Source: Candidatus Omnitrophota bacterium (GTDB lineage Bacteria; Omnitrophota; Gorgyraeia; Duberdicusellales; 4484-171). Taken from it: a stretch of 32,000 nt of DNA. Of the stretch, positions 14,589 to 23,710 are shown piece by piece. The notes beneath the pieces are model-generated. The model was given only the letters and a program-made list of their open reading frames with translations, was not told the origin of the DNA and searched no databases. Numbering within the stretch: the first letter of the stretch is position 1; every line of letters begins with the position of its first letter. The position numbers and the translations under genes are program-made. The DNA lies in assembly GCA_021735045.1 (NCBI GenBank), contig JAIPHU010000005.1, forward strand, positions 30,001 through 62,000, given 5' to 3'.

Positions 14589-16526
14589 ATGGATCAATTT
14601 CAGTTAGACCCCTTCCAAAAAAAATCTATTCAGCTTACCAAGGACCAAAATTCGGTAATAGTCAGCGCTCCGACCGGATCAGGTAAAACCCTAATCGCCG
14701 AAAGGCTTATTGAAGACTGTATCAAAAAAGAGGAAGGCATAATCTATACTGCACCAATAAAAGCCTTAAGTAACCAGAAATTTCGTGATTTTGGCAAAAA
14801 ATACCCGAATAAAGTGGGAATAGTTACCGGTGATGTCAGTATAAACAGAGATGCTCCCATTTTGATCATGACTACCGAAATTTTTAGAAATGCGATAATG
14901 GTCAACCCGCAAGAATTTAAAAGAATCAACTGGGTAATCTTTGACGAAATACATTACCTTGATGATATCGAACGCGGCACTGTCTGGGAAGAAGCAATAA
15001 TATTACTTCCGCCGAATATGAAAATGTTAGCCCTCAGTGCAACTATTCCTAATTCTAGGGAGTTTTCTGGCTGGCTTAAAAAGGTTCATCGGCATCCAAT
15101 AAAAGTAATAATCGAAAATAAAAGGCCGGTACCCCTCCATTTTTTCTTTCAATGTAATAATGGAATTTTTACAACCTTTAAGAAATTAAAACAGGTGCCT
15201 TCTTTTTCTCCAAGAATCAAACATCGCTCCTACAAGGAAGAATATAGGTCAAGCCGGCCCAATCGGATAAAAACCCTGATCAAATATATTCGTAAAAATA
15301 AAGCTTACCCTTGCATCTATTTTTCTTTCTCGCGCCGCCGCTGCGAAGAGCTCGCCTACGAACTTAGCAGTTTGAGCCTTATCTCTGAAACAGAAAAAGC
15401 TAAAGTAGATGAGTTGTTTGACCAACTAATAGAAAAATATGATACTGCTTCTTCACCTCATATAAACCATTTGAGGCCTATACTAAAAAAAGGGATTGCC
15501 TACCATCATGCCGGATTACTGCCTACTATAAAAGAAGTTATAGAACAACTATTTACAACCGGCCTGATAAAACTTATCTTTACCACAGAAACTTTCGCTC
15601 TTGGCATCAATATGCCAGTAAAAAGTGTTGTTTTTGATTCACTAAGTAAATTTTACGGCAGATACCACCACTACCTAAAAACTCGAGACTTTTATCAGAT
15701 GGCCGGCCGAGCCGGAAGAAGAGGAATAGATAAAGAAGGCTTTGTCTACAGCCGGGTTAACCCCTCTCATATTGATCAAATATCTTTAGAAAATATAATC
15801 TACGGTGGCTACGAGCCAATCAAAAGCCAGCTAAACTCATGCTATGCAACAATCCTTAACCTTTGGGCTCATATGGCTGAAAATATCTATCAAATATATC
15901 CCAAATCTTTTCATTTCTACCAAAGCAAACCCTGGCCGCAAAAAAAGATGCTTGAGAATATAAAAAATAAAGTCCTTCTTTTACAAAAACTTGATTATAT
16001 CGTAGGAAAAGAACTAAGCCCTAAGGCTCAGCTGGCATCAGGAATTTATAGTTTTGAACTAGCAATAGGAGAACTTTTCCAAGAAAACTATCTAGACAAA
16101 CTAAGCCCTAAAGAACTATTTGTGCTAATCGTAGCCTTAGTACATGAACCACGTAAAGGGCAAAGGCGTCCTAAACTGGACAAAAAAACCAAAAAAATAA
16201 AAAGGGAAACAAATAAAATAATTAGAAAAATTCAAAGGATGGAAAGAAGGTATAGGATATATCCTCCCAGTAAAAAGCTTTTTTTTCATTTAACCGAGCC
16301 AGCACAGCTCTGGTTCCAAGGAGCTCAATTTCATAAATTAATTAAAAACTCAAGAATAGACGAGGGCACTATCGTCCGGTATTTTAGAATGGCCCTTCAG
16401 GTATTAAGACAACTGCGCAAGGCAGGCCAAATTAACCAAAAATTAAAAGATAATATCAGCTACTGTATCCAAAAAACAAAAAGAGATGTCATCGATGCCG
16501 AGAACCAGCTTCGGCAGGAAATATAA
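14589..16526 (+). CDS. Ski2/Mtr4/HelY-like superfamily-2 RNA helicase
   Basis: 645 aa. LDPFQ...APTGSGKT (motif I), YTAPIKALSNQKFRDF, MTTEIFRN, DEIH box (FDEIHYLDD..RGTVWEE), LSATIPN and QMAGRAGRRG. The collinear motif set is typical of the Ski2-like family. Confidence 0.8.
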   Translation: MDQFQLDPFQKKSIQLTKDQNSVIVSAPTGSGKTLIAERLIEDCIKKEEGIIYTAPIKALSNQKFRDFGKKYPNKVGIVTGDVSINRDAPILIMTTEIFRNAIMVNPQEFKRINWVIFDEIHYLDDIERGTVWEEAIILLPPNMKMLALSATIPNSREFSGWLKKVHRHPIKVIIENKRPVPLHFFFQCNNGIFTTFKKLKQVPSFSPRIKHRSYKEEYRSSRPNRIKTLIKYIRKNKAYPCIYFSFSRRRCEELAYELSSLSLISETEKAKVDELFDQLIEKYDTASSPHINHLRPILKKGIAYHHAGLLPTIKEVIEQLFTTGLIKLIFTTETFALGINMPVKSVVFDSLSKFYGRYHHYLKTRDFYQMAGRAGRRGIDKEGFVYSRVNPSHIDQISLENIIYGGYEPIKSQLNSCYATILNLWAHMAENIYQIYPKSFHFYQSKPWPQKKMLENIKNKVLLLQKLDYIVGKELSPKAQLASGIYSFELAIGELFQENYLDKLSPKELFVLIVALVHEPRKGQRRPKLDKKTKKIKRETNKIIRKIQRMERRYRIYPPSKKLFFHLTEPAQLWFQGAQFHKLIKNSRIDEGTIVRYFRMALQVLRQLRKAGQINQKLKDNISYCIQKTKRDVIDAENQLRQEI

Positions 16527-16552
16527 AAATATATAAAATTATCATATAAAAC

Positions 16553-16580
16553 TTGACAATATCAAATATATTAGTATATT
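16553..16580 (+). promoter_or_regulatory. Sigma70-type promoter for rpmB
   Basis: TTGACA (16553-16558), 16-nt spacer, TATATT (16575-16580). GGAGGA lies 5 nt before ATG 16605. Confidence 0.5.
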
Positions 16581-16604
16581 AGTCCTTGCTAAACGGAGGA
16601 AAAA

Positions 16605-16853
16605 ATGAGCAGAAAATGTTTCGTATGTGGAAAAAAATCTATATCTGGAAACTCTATATCCCGCAAAGGTAAGGCAAAAAAACAAGGCGGGGTAGGTAAA
16701 AAAACGACCGGAATTAATAAAAGAAAGTTCCATCCCAATCTTCAGCCAAAAAAGATAATCCATGCAGGCAAGATTAAGAAAGTCTTGGTTTGTACAAAAT
16801 GTCTAAAAAAAGGAAAGGTTGAAGTAGCCTCAAGCAAGCCTGCAGTCTCTTAA
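16605..16853 (+). CDS. rpmB: 50S ribosomal protein L28 (with a Lys/Gly-rich internal insertion)
   Basis: MSRKCFVCGKK..SGN...KRKFHPNLQ matches the L28 N-terminal pattern (MxRxCxxxGKxxxxGN....KRxFxPNLQ). About 13 extra residues sit between GN and PNLQ. Confidence 0.8.
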   Translation: MSRKCFVCGKKSISGNSISRKGKAKKQGGVGKKTTGINKRKFHPNLQPKKIIHAGKIKKVLVCTKCLKKGKVEVASSKPAVS

Positions 16854-18488
16854 CACCAATCGAGGGTTATTGTGGTAGTTATCTTTATCTAAAGAAAAAA
16901 CTATATCAAATCTTTTCCCATAGTTTATAATTTCAGCTAGATCTTTATTATACAATACAGCCTCAAAAGTTCTGTCTCCATCAGTGAGCCAAAGAGAATA
17001 TCTTGATCTAATTTTTTCGATATTTTTTCTTTTGCTTACCCCTTCAGCCAAAAAAATTGGCTTAGGATTAGCTTCTCCATAAGGGTAAAACAAGTCTAGT
17101 CCGCCGATAAGATCCAGATCAATTTGATTAAAGTTTAACTTAGCATCTATCTCTAAAGCGGGCATAAAATCTTTTGAACTAATATCTTTGCTTATAGCTA
17201 AATTTATATTTTGACGAAAAAGATCTAACTTCTCTTCTTCTAACTCCATACCTACAGCCTTTTTGTGGCCACCATAAGAAGTTAAAGAAGTTGAACATTT
17301 ATCTAACATATCCATCAGATGAACCCCTTCTACAGAACGCCCGGAGCCCTTAGCTACTCCTTGATCAAAAGAAACCACAATAGACGGCCTACGGTACCTA
17401 TCTTTAAGCCGAGAAGCTACAATACCTAAAACTCCAGGATGCCAGCCTTTACTGCCAACAACTAAAGCATGTTCACCACAGAGGTCAGTTTTTACTCTTT
17501 CTTCAGCTTCTTTTAAAATCTGATTTTGAATATTTTTTCTTAATTTATTATGTTCATTAAGCTTTAAGGCGATTTTTTCAGCCTTTTTAATATTATCTGC
17601 TAAAAAAAGTTCCAAGGCATCGTTAGCGTGAGCTATACGCCCGGAAGCATTGATCCTTGGCCCCAAAATATAACCAATATGAAAATTACTTATATTCCTC
17701 TGTTTTATTTTTGCCACCTGGCACAAAGCCTTTATCGCAGGCCGCTTACTTGTCTTTAGGCGGTTGATACCTTCCTTAAGTAAAATCCGGTTTTCCCCTA
17801 AAAGCGGTGCAATATCACATACTATCGAAAGAGCTACTAAATCTAATACCTGATAACAATCTTTTTTTTCGATAAATTGAATAAGTTTAAAAGCTAAAGC
17901 TGCTGCAGTTAAATTAGAAAAAGGATATTTTGAATTTTTTATTTTTGGATTTACTAACGCTATTGGTTTAGGCATTTTGTCTTGAGGCAGATGATGATCT
18001 ACTACTATTACATCTATGCCTAAATCTTGAGCGTATTTTACTTCCTGACAAGAGTTGGTTCCGCAATCAAAAGCAACAATCAGATCTTTCTTTTGTTTTT
18101 CAGCAACATCAACTACTTCTTTACTTAATCCATAGCCTTCTTTAACACGGTCTGGTATATAAAAAGTAAAAATATCAGGATAGTTTTTACTAAACTCATT
18201 GAATACGGCCAAAGAAGTTATGCCGTCAACATCATAGTCTCCTAAAACCATCACTTTTTCTTTTTTAGATATTGCCTGCTCTATTCTTTTTTTTGCCTTA
18301 TTGATACCAGGCAACAACTTTGCTGAAAAGAGATTATCTAGGCAGGGGTAAAAAAAAGGAGCAACTTGATCTTCTCCAATTCCACGGGCTAAAGCGATAT
18401 CTATCAAAAGAGGATTTATCTTAAGCTTAGTTGATATTTCTTTGCTTTTTTTGGGGACATCTTTTATTTTCCAACGCTGTCTTTTCAT
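16830..18488 (-). CDS. recJ: Single-stranded-DNA-specific exonuclease RecJ
   Basis: 552 aa with DHH-family motifs (GDYDVDGITS, DCGT, VVDHHLP, GGHKKA). Confidence 0.9.
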   Translation of the reverse strand: MKRQRWKIKDVPKKSKEISTKLKINPLLIDIALARGIGEDQVAPFFYPCLDNLFSAKLLPGINKAKKRIEQAISKKEKVMVLGDYDVDGITSLAVFNEFSKNYPDIFTFYIPDRVKEGYGLSKEVVDVAEKQKKDLIVAFDCGTNSCQEVKYAQDLGIDVIVVDHHLPQDKMPKPIALVNPKIKNSKYPFSNLTAAALAFKLIQFIEKKDCYQVLDLVALSIVCDIAPLLGENRILLKEGINRLKTSKRPAIKALCQVAKIKQRNISNFHIGYILGPRINASGRIAHANDALELFLADNIKKAEKIALKLNEHNKLRKNIQNQILKEAEERVKTDLCGEHALVVGSKGWHPGVLGIVASRLKDRYRRPSIVVSFDQGVAKGSGRSVEGVHLMDMLDKCSTSLTSYGGHKKAVGMELEEEKLDLFRQNINLAISKDISSKDFMPALEIDAKLNFNQIDLDLIGGLDLFYPYGEANPKPIFLAEGVSKRKNIEKIRSRYSLWLTDGDRTFEAVLYNKDLAEIINYGKRFDIVFSLDKDNYHNNPRLVLRDCRLA

Positions 18489-18526
18489 GGTTTAATCTAT
18501 TTGCTTCTATTTTTTAGTTGATAAGG

Positions 18527-20122
18527 TTACATCTCTTTGACTGGCTCTATTCCTAAAATTTCCAAACCAAAGTAAAGAACTTCTTTAGTTGCTTGCAAAA
18601 TATTTAATCTAACCTTTGTTTTTTTAGGGTCATCACTTAACACTCTTACCTTTTCATAAAATTTATGAAACATCGAAGCTAGCTCTTTTAAGTATTCGAT
18701 AATAAATACCGGCTCAAGCAAATAGTAAGATTTCTGCAAACATAGAGAAAATTGCAGAAGCAGGCGTACCATAGCTAACTCTTGAGGCTCGCTTAGATAT
18801 TTACTAAAACTTTTATCCGGTTTTTTATCAGTTTTTAAAAAAATACTTTCGATTCGAGCACAAACATAATGAATATAGTATAATGGATTATCAAAAGAAG
18901 ATTTTTTGGCCAAATCAATATCAAAATCTAGATGAGAAGAATTTTTACGAGTTAAATAATAAAAACGTGTTGCATCCTTACCTACCTCTTTTATAAGTTC
19001 TGAAAGACGAATCAAAGTTCCAGCCCGCTTTGACATTCTTTGCTTGGATTTAAGCGATACCAGCTGAATAATAACAACTGCAAGCAAATCTTCTTTTTTA
19101 TAGCCTAGAGCCTTAAGTACAGATTTAATTCTACCGATATAACCATGATGGTCAGGCCCCCATAAGTTTATAAGCTTATCATAACCACGCCTACATTTAT
19201 CATAGTGATAAGCTATATCCGAAGCAAAATAAGTAAGTTGGCCATCTGATTTTTTAACTACTCGATCTTTGTCATCAGAAAACTTAGTTGAACTAAACCA
19301 CAGCGCACCTTCTTGCTCATAGATAAGGCCTTTCTTTTCTAAAAACTTTATAGACTCTTCTACTTTTTTTTCATTAATTAACTTTTTTTGGCTAAACCAG
19401 CTATCAAAAAATATATCTAACTTGCTAAGATCTGATTTAATTAAATTTTGCAGAGAAGATAGACAAAAATCATAGAGGTCGGCATTCTTGCCGTCTCGGA
19501 TATAGTCTGAGGCGATATCTTTTAAGTATTGGCCCTTATATCCACCTTCTGGTATCTGATAATCTTTACCTTCGATCTCCTTTATTCTTTCTTTAACAGA
19601 TAAAACCAAAAGTTCCATCTGCTTTCCTGCATCATTGAGGTAATACTCTCTTTGAACTTTATCCCCTTGAGCTTCTAACAAATTAGCAATCACATCACCA
19701 ACCACCGCTTGCCTTCCATGGGCAATAGAAAGAGGCCCGGTAGGATTGGCGCTAACAAATTCAATTAATACTTTTGTTTTTTTGTCTTCTTTAAAATAAT
19801 CTTTTTTATCTTTGATAATTTTTTCTAATGCTTTGATTAAAAACTCCTGAGAAAAAAATAAATTTATAAAACCTGGTTTTATCAACTCTATCTTTTCAAC
19901 CTGATTACCAACTTCTTTAATTAACTCTTCTTTAATTTTTTGAGCAACATCTAAGGGGTTCTTGCTTATTTTTGAAGCAATCTTTAAAGGCACAGCGGTT
20001 GATAAATCACCAAATTTTTGACGCGAGGACAGTTCCCAAACAGGATAGTCTAGATCTATATTATATTTTTTCTCAACTATCCCCTTCAAAAGAGAAGAAA
20101 CTCTATCATAAAAATTTTTCAT
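18527..20122 (-). CDS. argS: Arginyl-tRNA synthetase
   Basis: 531 aa with the class I HIGH region (SANPTGPLSIAHGR) and an ArgRS-type N-terminal and anticodon-binding layout. Confidence 0.93.
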   Translation of the reverse strand: MKNFYDRVSSLLKGIVEKKYNIDLDYPVWELSSRQKFGDLSTAVPLKIASKISKNPLDVAQKIKEELIKEVGNQVEKIELIKPGFINLFFSQEFLIKALEKIIKDKKDYFKEDKKTKVLIEFVSANPTGPLSIAHGRQAVVGDVIANLLEAQGDKVQREYYLNDAGKQMELLVLSVKERIKEIEGKDYQIPEGGYKGQYLKDIASDYIRDGKNADLYDFCLSSLQNLIKSDLSKLDIFFDSWFSQKKLINEKKVEESIKFLEKKGLIYEQEGALWFSSTKFSDDKDRVVKKSDGQLTYFASDIAYHYDKCRRGYDKLINLWGPDHHGYIGRIKSVLKALGYKKEDLLAVVIIQLVSLKSKQRMSKRAGTLIRLSELIKEVGKDATRFYYLTRKNSSHLDFDIDLAKKSSFDNPLYYIHYVCARIESIFLKTDKKPDKSFSKYLSEPQELAMVRLLLQFSLCLQKSYYLLEPVFIIEYLKELASMFHKFYEKVRVLSDDPKKTKVRLNILQATKEVLYFGLEILGIEPVKEM

Positions 20123-20155
20123 AATGTTTTGCCTTGGACAAAAAGCATATACATC

Positions 20156-21244
20156 TTAAATAATTCCAGAAACTTTTAAAACTTCCTTTGTGCTAGGCTT
20201 GATAACAGGAGGGCGTTTTATATTATTAATAGCTATTTGAGGGTCTTTTAATCCGTGTCCGGTTAAAGTGCAGGTAATAATTGTTCTTTTGCCTTTAATC
20301 TTTTTAAAAAAACCTTTTTTATTTAATTTTAGCAAGCCAGCTATAGAGGCTGCCGAAGCTGGTTCGGCAAAGACACCCTCTTGTTTTGCTAATATCTTAT
20401 AAGCAGAAATAATTTGATTATCAGTTACAGAATCTATTAATCCTTTTGACTCATCCTTAGCTTCAACTGCTTTTTCCCAACTAGCAGGATTCCCAATCCT
20501 TATAGCCGTAGCCAAAGTTTCAGGATTTTTAAAAGGTTTTCCTCTGACAATCGGAGAAGCTCCCTTGGCTTGAAACCCTAACATCTGTGGCAAACAAGAA
20601 CTCTTTTTTTGCGAATAATACTCTTTATACCCTTTCCAATAAGCAGTTATATTGCCAGCATTACCTACAGGAAGTATATGAAAATCAGGACTACAACCTA
20701 GATAATCACAAATCTCAAAAGCAGCCGTCTTTTGGCCCTCTATCCTGTAAGGATTAATAGAATTAACTAAAGTCACCGGGTAGTTAGTAGATATCTCTTT
20801 TACAATATCTAAAGCATGATCAAAGTTACCTTTGATAGCTACCACCTTTGCATTATGGATTAAAGCTTGGGCTAACTTGCCTAAAGCGATAGCCCCCTCT
20901 GGAATTACCACAACACACTTCATACCCGCTCTGGCCGAATAAGCTGCTGCTGAAGCAGAAGTATTGCCGGTTGAAGCACAAATTACAGCTTTCATCTTAT
21001 TTTCAACCGCCTTAGCCATAGCAACCGTCATCCCTCTATCTTTAAATGAACCGGTAGGGTTTAGCCCTTCGTATTTAAGATAAACTTCAAAGCTTTTACC
21101 TAACCGTTTTGATAAACTAGGCGAATAGATTAAAGGGGTATTTCCTTCTAGAAGGGTTATCCGGGGTGTTTTTTTGCTAACCGGCAAAAATTTTTTATAT
21201 CTTTCGATTACACCTTTATAAGCTTTTTTAGAGTTTAAAATCAT
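20156..21244 (-). CDS. thrC: Threonine synthase
   Basis: 362 aa with the PLP-lysine motif NPTGSFKDRG and ASTGNTSASAAAY. Confidence 0.93.
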   Translation of the reverse strand: MILNSKKAYKGVIERYKKFLPVSKKTPRITLLEGNTPLIYSPSLSKRLGKSFEVYLKYEGLNPTGSFKDRGMTVAMAKAVENKMKAVICASTGNTSASAAAYSARAGMKCVVVIPEGAIALGKLAQALIHNAKVVAIKGNFDHALDIVKEISTNYPVTLVNSINPYRIEGQKTAAFEICDYLGCSPDFHILPVGNAGNITAYWKGYKEYYSQKKSSCLPQMLGFQAKGASPIVRGKPFKNPETLATAIRIGNPASWEKAVEAKDESKGLIDSVTDNQIISAYKILAKQEGVFAEPASAASIAGLLKLNKKGFFKKIKGKRTIITCTLTGHGLKDPQIAINNIKRPPVIKPSTKEVLKVSGII

Positions 21245-21273
21245 CTTTTTTTTTAATATTATTTTAACAAAGG

Positions 21274-22542
21274 CTAAATCTTTTCTATCCTAATCAGCTG
21301 AGAGGGGCTTTTGACTATTGATAACTTATCTATTTTTGACATTGCTTTTTTTAAATCTTTTTCTTTAGCTTCATGAGTCACCATAACCAAGGGGACAAAT
21401 TTTCCTCTACTGCGCATTTTTTGACTTACAGATAATATGCTTATATCGGATAAAGCAAGAATTTTAGTAATTTTAGCTAAAGCCCCGGGCCTATCTTGAA
21501 TCATACATCTAAGATAATATTGATTTTCAACTTCCTTAATATCTTTTATAGTTAGATCTTCTTCTTTTCGTGCAAACCCTTTATTACCTGAGGCTATAGT
21601 TACAATATCTGAAACTACCGAAGAAGAAGTAGGTGTACCTCCAGCGCCTTCTCCAAAAAAGAGTAACTCGCCGGCCGGATGAGTGTATAGAGTTACCGCA
21701 TTATAAGCCAAAGGAATCCCGGATAGCGGATGCCGCTGCGGCACAAGCACCGGATGAACTCGCAAATCTAAAGAATTCCTGTTACGCTTAGCAATTGCCA
21801 ATAGTTTAATACGATATTTTAATTCTTTTGCATAAGTAATATCTAATAAAGATAGTTTTGTTATCCCTTCGGTATATACTTTAGAAAGCTTAGGCCAAAT
21901 TCCATAACAAAGGTAACTTAAAATACAAAGCTTATGAAGAGTATCTCCTCCTTCTATGTCAAAAGTTGGATCTTGTTCAGCCAATCCTTTTTCCTGAGCT
22001 TGAGTAAGAGCTTTTTGAAAACTAATATTTTCTTTTTCCATTTTATAAAGTATATAGTTGGCTGTGCCATTTAAAATTCCAAAAATTTTATCAACTTGAC
22101 AGCCAATTAACCCTTCTGATACGCTTTTTATAATCGGAATCGCTCCACAGACAGAAGCTTCAAAACCGACTGATACATCATTTTTTGCGGCTAAATTAAA
22201 AATAGTTTTCCCATTTTTAGCTAAAAGAGCCTTATTTGCTGTAACCAAGCTCTTTTTATTTTTCAAAGAATCCCGGATTAGACTATAAGCTGGTTCTATC
22301 CCGCCAATTAACTCGATAACTATATCAATATCAGGATCGTTAATAATTTTATAAGGATTGGTAGTAAAAGGTAATGAAAACTCTTTGGCAACCTTGCCCT
22401 TAGAACGGTTAGCATCACAAACTTTTTTAATCTTAATATCTAAAGAAGTCCGCCTTGTAATTAAAGAAGAATTTTTCTTTAATGTCCTTAAAACCCCTTG
22501 CCCAACTGTCCCTAAACCAATCAAACCTATTTTTTTAATCAT
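21274..22542 (-). CDS. hom: Homoserine dehydrogenase with C-terminal ACT domain
   Basis: 422 aa with a Rossmann N-terminus (IGLIGLGTVGQGV), the catalytic region (ILNGTANYIL) and an ACT-like tail. Confidence 0.93.
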   Translation of the reverse strand: MIKKIGLIGLGTVGQGVLRTLKKNSSLITRRTSLDIKIKKVCDANRSKGKVAKEFSLPFTTNPYKIINDPDIDIVIELIGGIEPAYSLIRDSLKNKKSLVTANKALLAKNGKTIFNLAAKNDVSVGFEASVCGAIPIIKSVSEGLIGCQVDKIFGILNGTANYILYKMEKENISFQKALTQAQEKGLAEQDPTFDIEGGDTLHKLCILSYLCYGIWPKLSKVYTEGITKLSLLDITYAKELKYRIKLLAIAKRNRNSLDLRVHPVLVPQRHPLSGIPLAYNAVTLYTHPAGELLFFGEGAGGTPTSSSVVSDIVTIASGNKGFARKEEDLTIKDIKEVENQYYLRCMIQDRPGALAKITKILALSDISILSVSQKMRSRGKFVPLVMVTHEAKEKDLKKAMSKIDKLSIVKSPSQLIRIEKI

Positions 22543-22892
22543 TTATCTAACTCTTTGTTTATAAAATTTCCAATCTTTTTTAAAAAAGCCTCATCTGAAT
22601 CTTTAAACTGTATGTGAGTCTCATAAAGTAAATTTTTTACTTTCTCTTCAGAGTTCACTACTTGGCCGGTAAGTTTTAACTTATCCGAGGCAAAAGGAAA
22701 ACGAATAGTCATAGATAAAAGTGTTCCTTGCTCAAAACCTTTATTAGTAGTCAAAAATAATCCTCCTTGACTAACATCTTTGGTTTGGCTAAGGTCAAAA
22801 TCAGAAGGAGGTTCTATAATTTTATAACTTACAATAAAATTAGCATTCAAACGCGGATGTTTTCTTCTTTCTGGACCTTTATATTTTCCCAT
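22539..22892 (-). CDS. PilZ-domain protein (putative c-di-GMP receptor)
   Basis: Contains an RxxxR motif (RRKHPR) and a DxSxxG motif (DVSQGG). I moved the start to ATG 22892, which follows GGAGGAGG, because the longer track ORF (to 23000) runs through tRNA-Pro. The stop overlaps the hom start (ATGA). Confidence 0.75.
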   Translation of the reverse strand: MGKYKGPERRKHPRLNANFIVSYKIIEPPSDFDLSQTKDVSQGGLFLTTNKGFEQGTLLSMTIRFPFASDKLKLTGQVVNSEEKVKNLLYETHIQFKDSDEAFLKKIGNFINKELDK

Positions 22893-22958
22893 ACTACCTC
22901 CTCCTTTTATTTCTGTGTAGCCCCACTTGCCTTTTGCCTTGTATTGGGCGAAGCAGAA

Positions 22959-23034
22959 TCGGGAGAGCGGGATTCGAACCCGCGACCCCTTGCACCCCAT
23001 GCAAGTGCGCTAAGCCAAACTGCGCCACCTCCCG
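22959..23034 (-). tRNA. tRNA-Pro (anticodon GGG)
   Basis: Manual cloverleaf: CGGGAGG/TG/GCGC..GCGC/A/CTTGC-ATGGGGT-GCAAG/GGGTC/GCGGG-TTCGAAT-CCCGC/TCTCCCG/A. It has the C1:G72 pair and G37 typical of tRNA-Pro. No CCA is encoded. Confidence 0.88.
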
Positions 23035-23190
23035 TTGAAAATGCAATTATATAGGGTTATTCTTTCATTTTCAACGGCACTGAACCGACTTCTTCGGCGA
23101 AGTGCCTAAACACCTAAATGAGATACTTCGTCATTTCATTCCTCAGTATTAATTCGACTAATCCCGGCGTTCCGCCGGGAAAGTCTCATT
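23034..23190 (-). ncRNA. Candidate structured RNA, copy 2, directly 5' of tRNA-Pro (unknown family)
   Basis: Same architecture as 14195-14353:
- P1: AAUGAGA (23190-23184) pairs with UCUCAUU (23123-23117).
- P2: CCCGGCG-GAA-CGCCGGG (23179-23163).
- P3: AUACU-17 nt-AGUAU (23149-23123).
- P4: GGCACU..GCCGA-AGAAG-UCGGU..AGUGCC (23106-23076).
- A 9-bp hairpin (23075-23034) whose last C is tRNA-Pro nt 1. Confidence 0.55.
23046..23074 (-). promoter_or_regulatory. Sigma70-like hexamers just upstream of tRNA-Pro
   Basis: Minus strand: TTGAAA (23074-23069), 17-nt spacer, TATAAT (23051-23046). Confidence 0.45.
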
Positions 23191-23192
23191 GA

Positions 23193-23221
23193 ATTCTATC
23201 ATGCTTTATAAGGGCTATCAA
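23193..23221 (-). promoter_or_regulatory. Sigma70-type promoter for the structured RNA, copy 2
   Basis: Minus strand: TTGATA (23221-23216), 17-nt spacer, TAGAAT (23198-23193). It sits at the same position relative to P1 as in copy 1, although the hexamer sequences differ. Confidence 0.5.
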
Positions 23222-23222
23222 G

Positions 23223-23693
23223 TTAAATCGCCTTAGCTGTAAAAGAAAATTGCTTAAGCAACTTACCTTGTGTGTAAATTTTTATTTGATATTGGCCTAA
23301 AGGGTCCCCTTTGCTTAACCCCCATACATTGTAAATAATCCCATCTGCTAAATTAGATGATCTTTTAGTGATTGCTTTCTTTCCGTTTCTACTTATTTTT
23401 GTTGATTTGGTAACTAGTAATTTTTTAGGCTTCTCAGGAAAAACAACAACTTCTTCCCAGGATATATCTTTGTCTATCTCCTCGGTTACAATAATCCAGC
23501 CAAAACCAAGATCATCTTTTAAGGTGATTATTTCTGTCTCTTTAATTTTAGGAATATCGCCTCGATAACCAACTACTAAACCAGATTTTGCTCCCAAAAC
23601 CTTTACCTGATAACCGTTATTAACAGCATATAACCCTAGGCCTAGCAAAATAACAACTGTTATAGTTACTATCATCGGCTTCTTTGATTTCAT
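23223..23693 (-). CDS. Hypothetical membrane-anchored or secreted protein
   Basis: 156-aa ORF with an N-terminal hydrophobic anchor (MIVTITVVILLGLGLYAV). It is tightly packed between gpsA and the RNA promoter. I recognise no family with confidence. Confidence 0.6.
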   Translation of the reverse strand: MKSKKPMIVTITVVILLGLGLYAVNNGYQVKVLGAKSGLVVGYRGDIPKIKETEIITLKDDLGFGWIIVTEEIDKDISWEEVVVFPEKPKKLLVTKSTKISRNGKKAITKRSSNLADGIIYNVWGLSKGDPLGQYQIKIYTQGKLLKQFSFTAKAI

Positions 23694-23710
23694 TTGCCCT
23701 CCAATATAAA

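Noticed and set aside
22893-23000. N-terminal 36 codons of the 153-aa track ORF (22539-23000)
   Set aside because: This stretch runs through the 3' part of tRNA-Pro (22959-23034). The internal ATG at 22892 has a strong GGAGGAGG SD, so the extension is an artefact of calling the longest ORF.
22893-23221. Possible c-di-GMP riboswitch upstream of the PilZ gene, or a T-box upstream of the aminoacyl-tRNA-synthetase and amino-acid operons
   Set aside because: The region has none of the GEMM-I or GEMM-II conserved cores as I remember them. It also has no T-box 14-mer or specifier-loop architecture. The same element precedes functionally unrelated operons.
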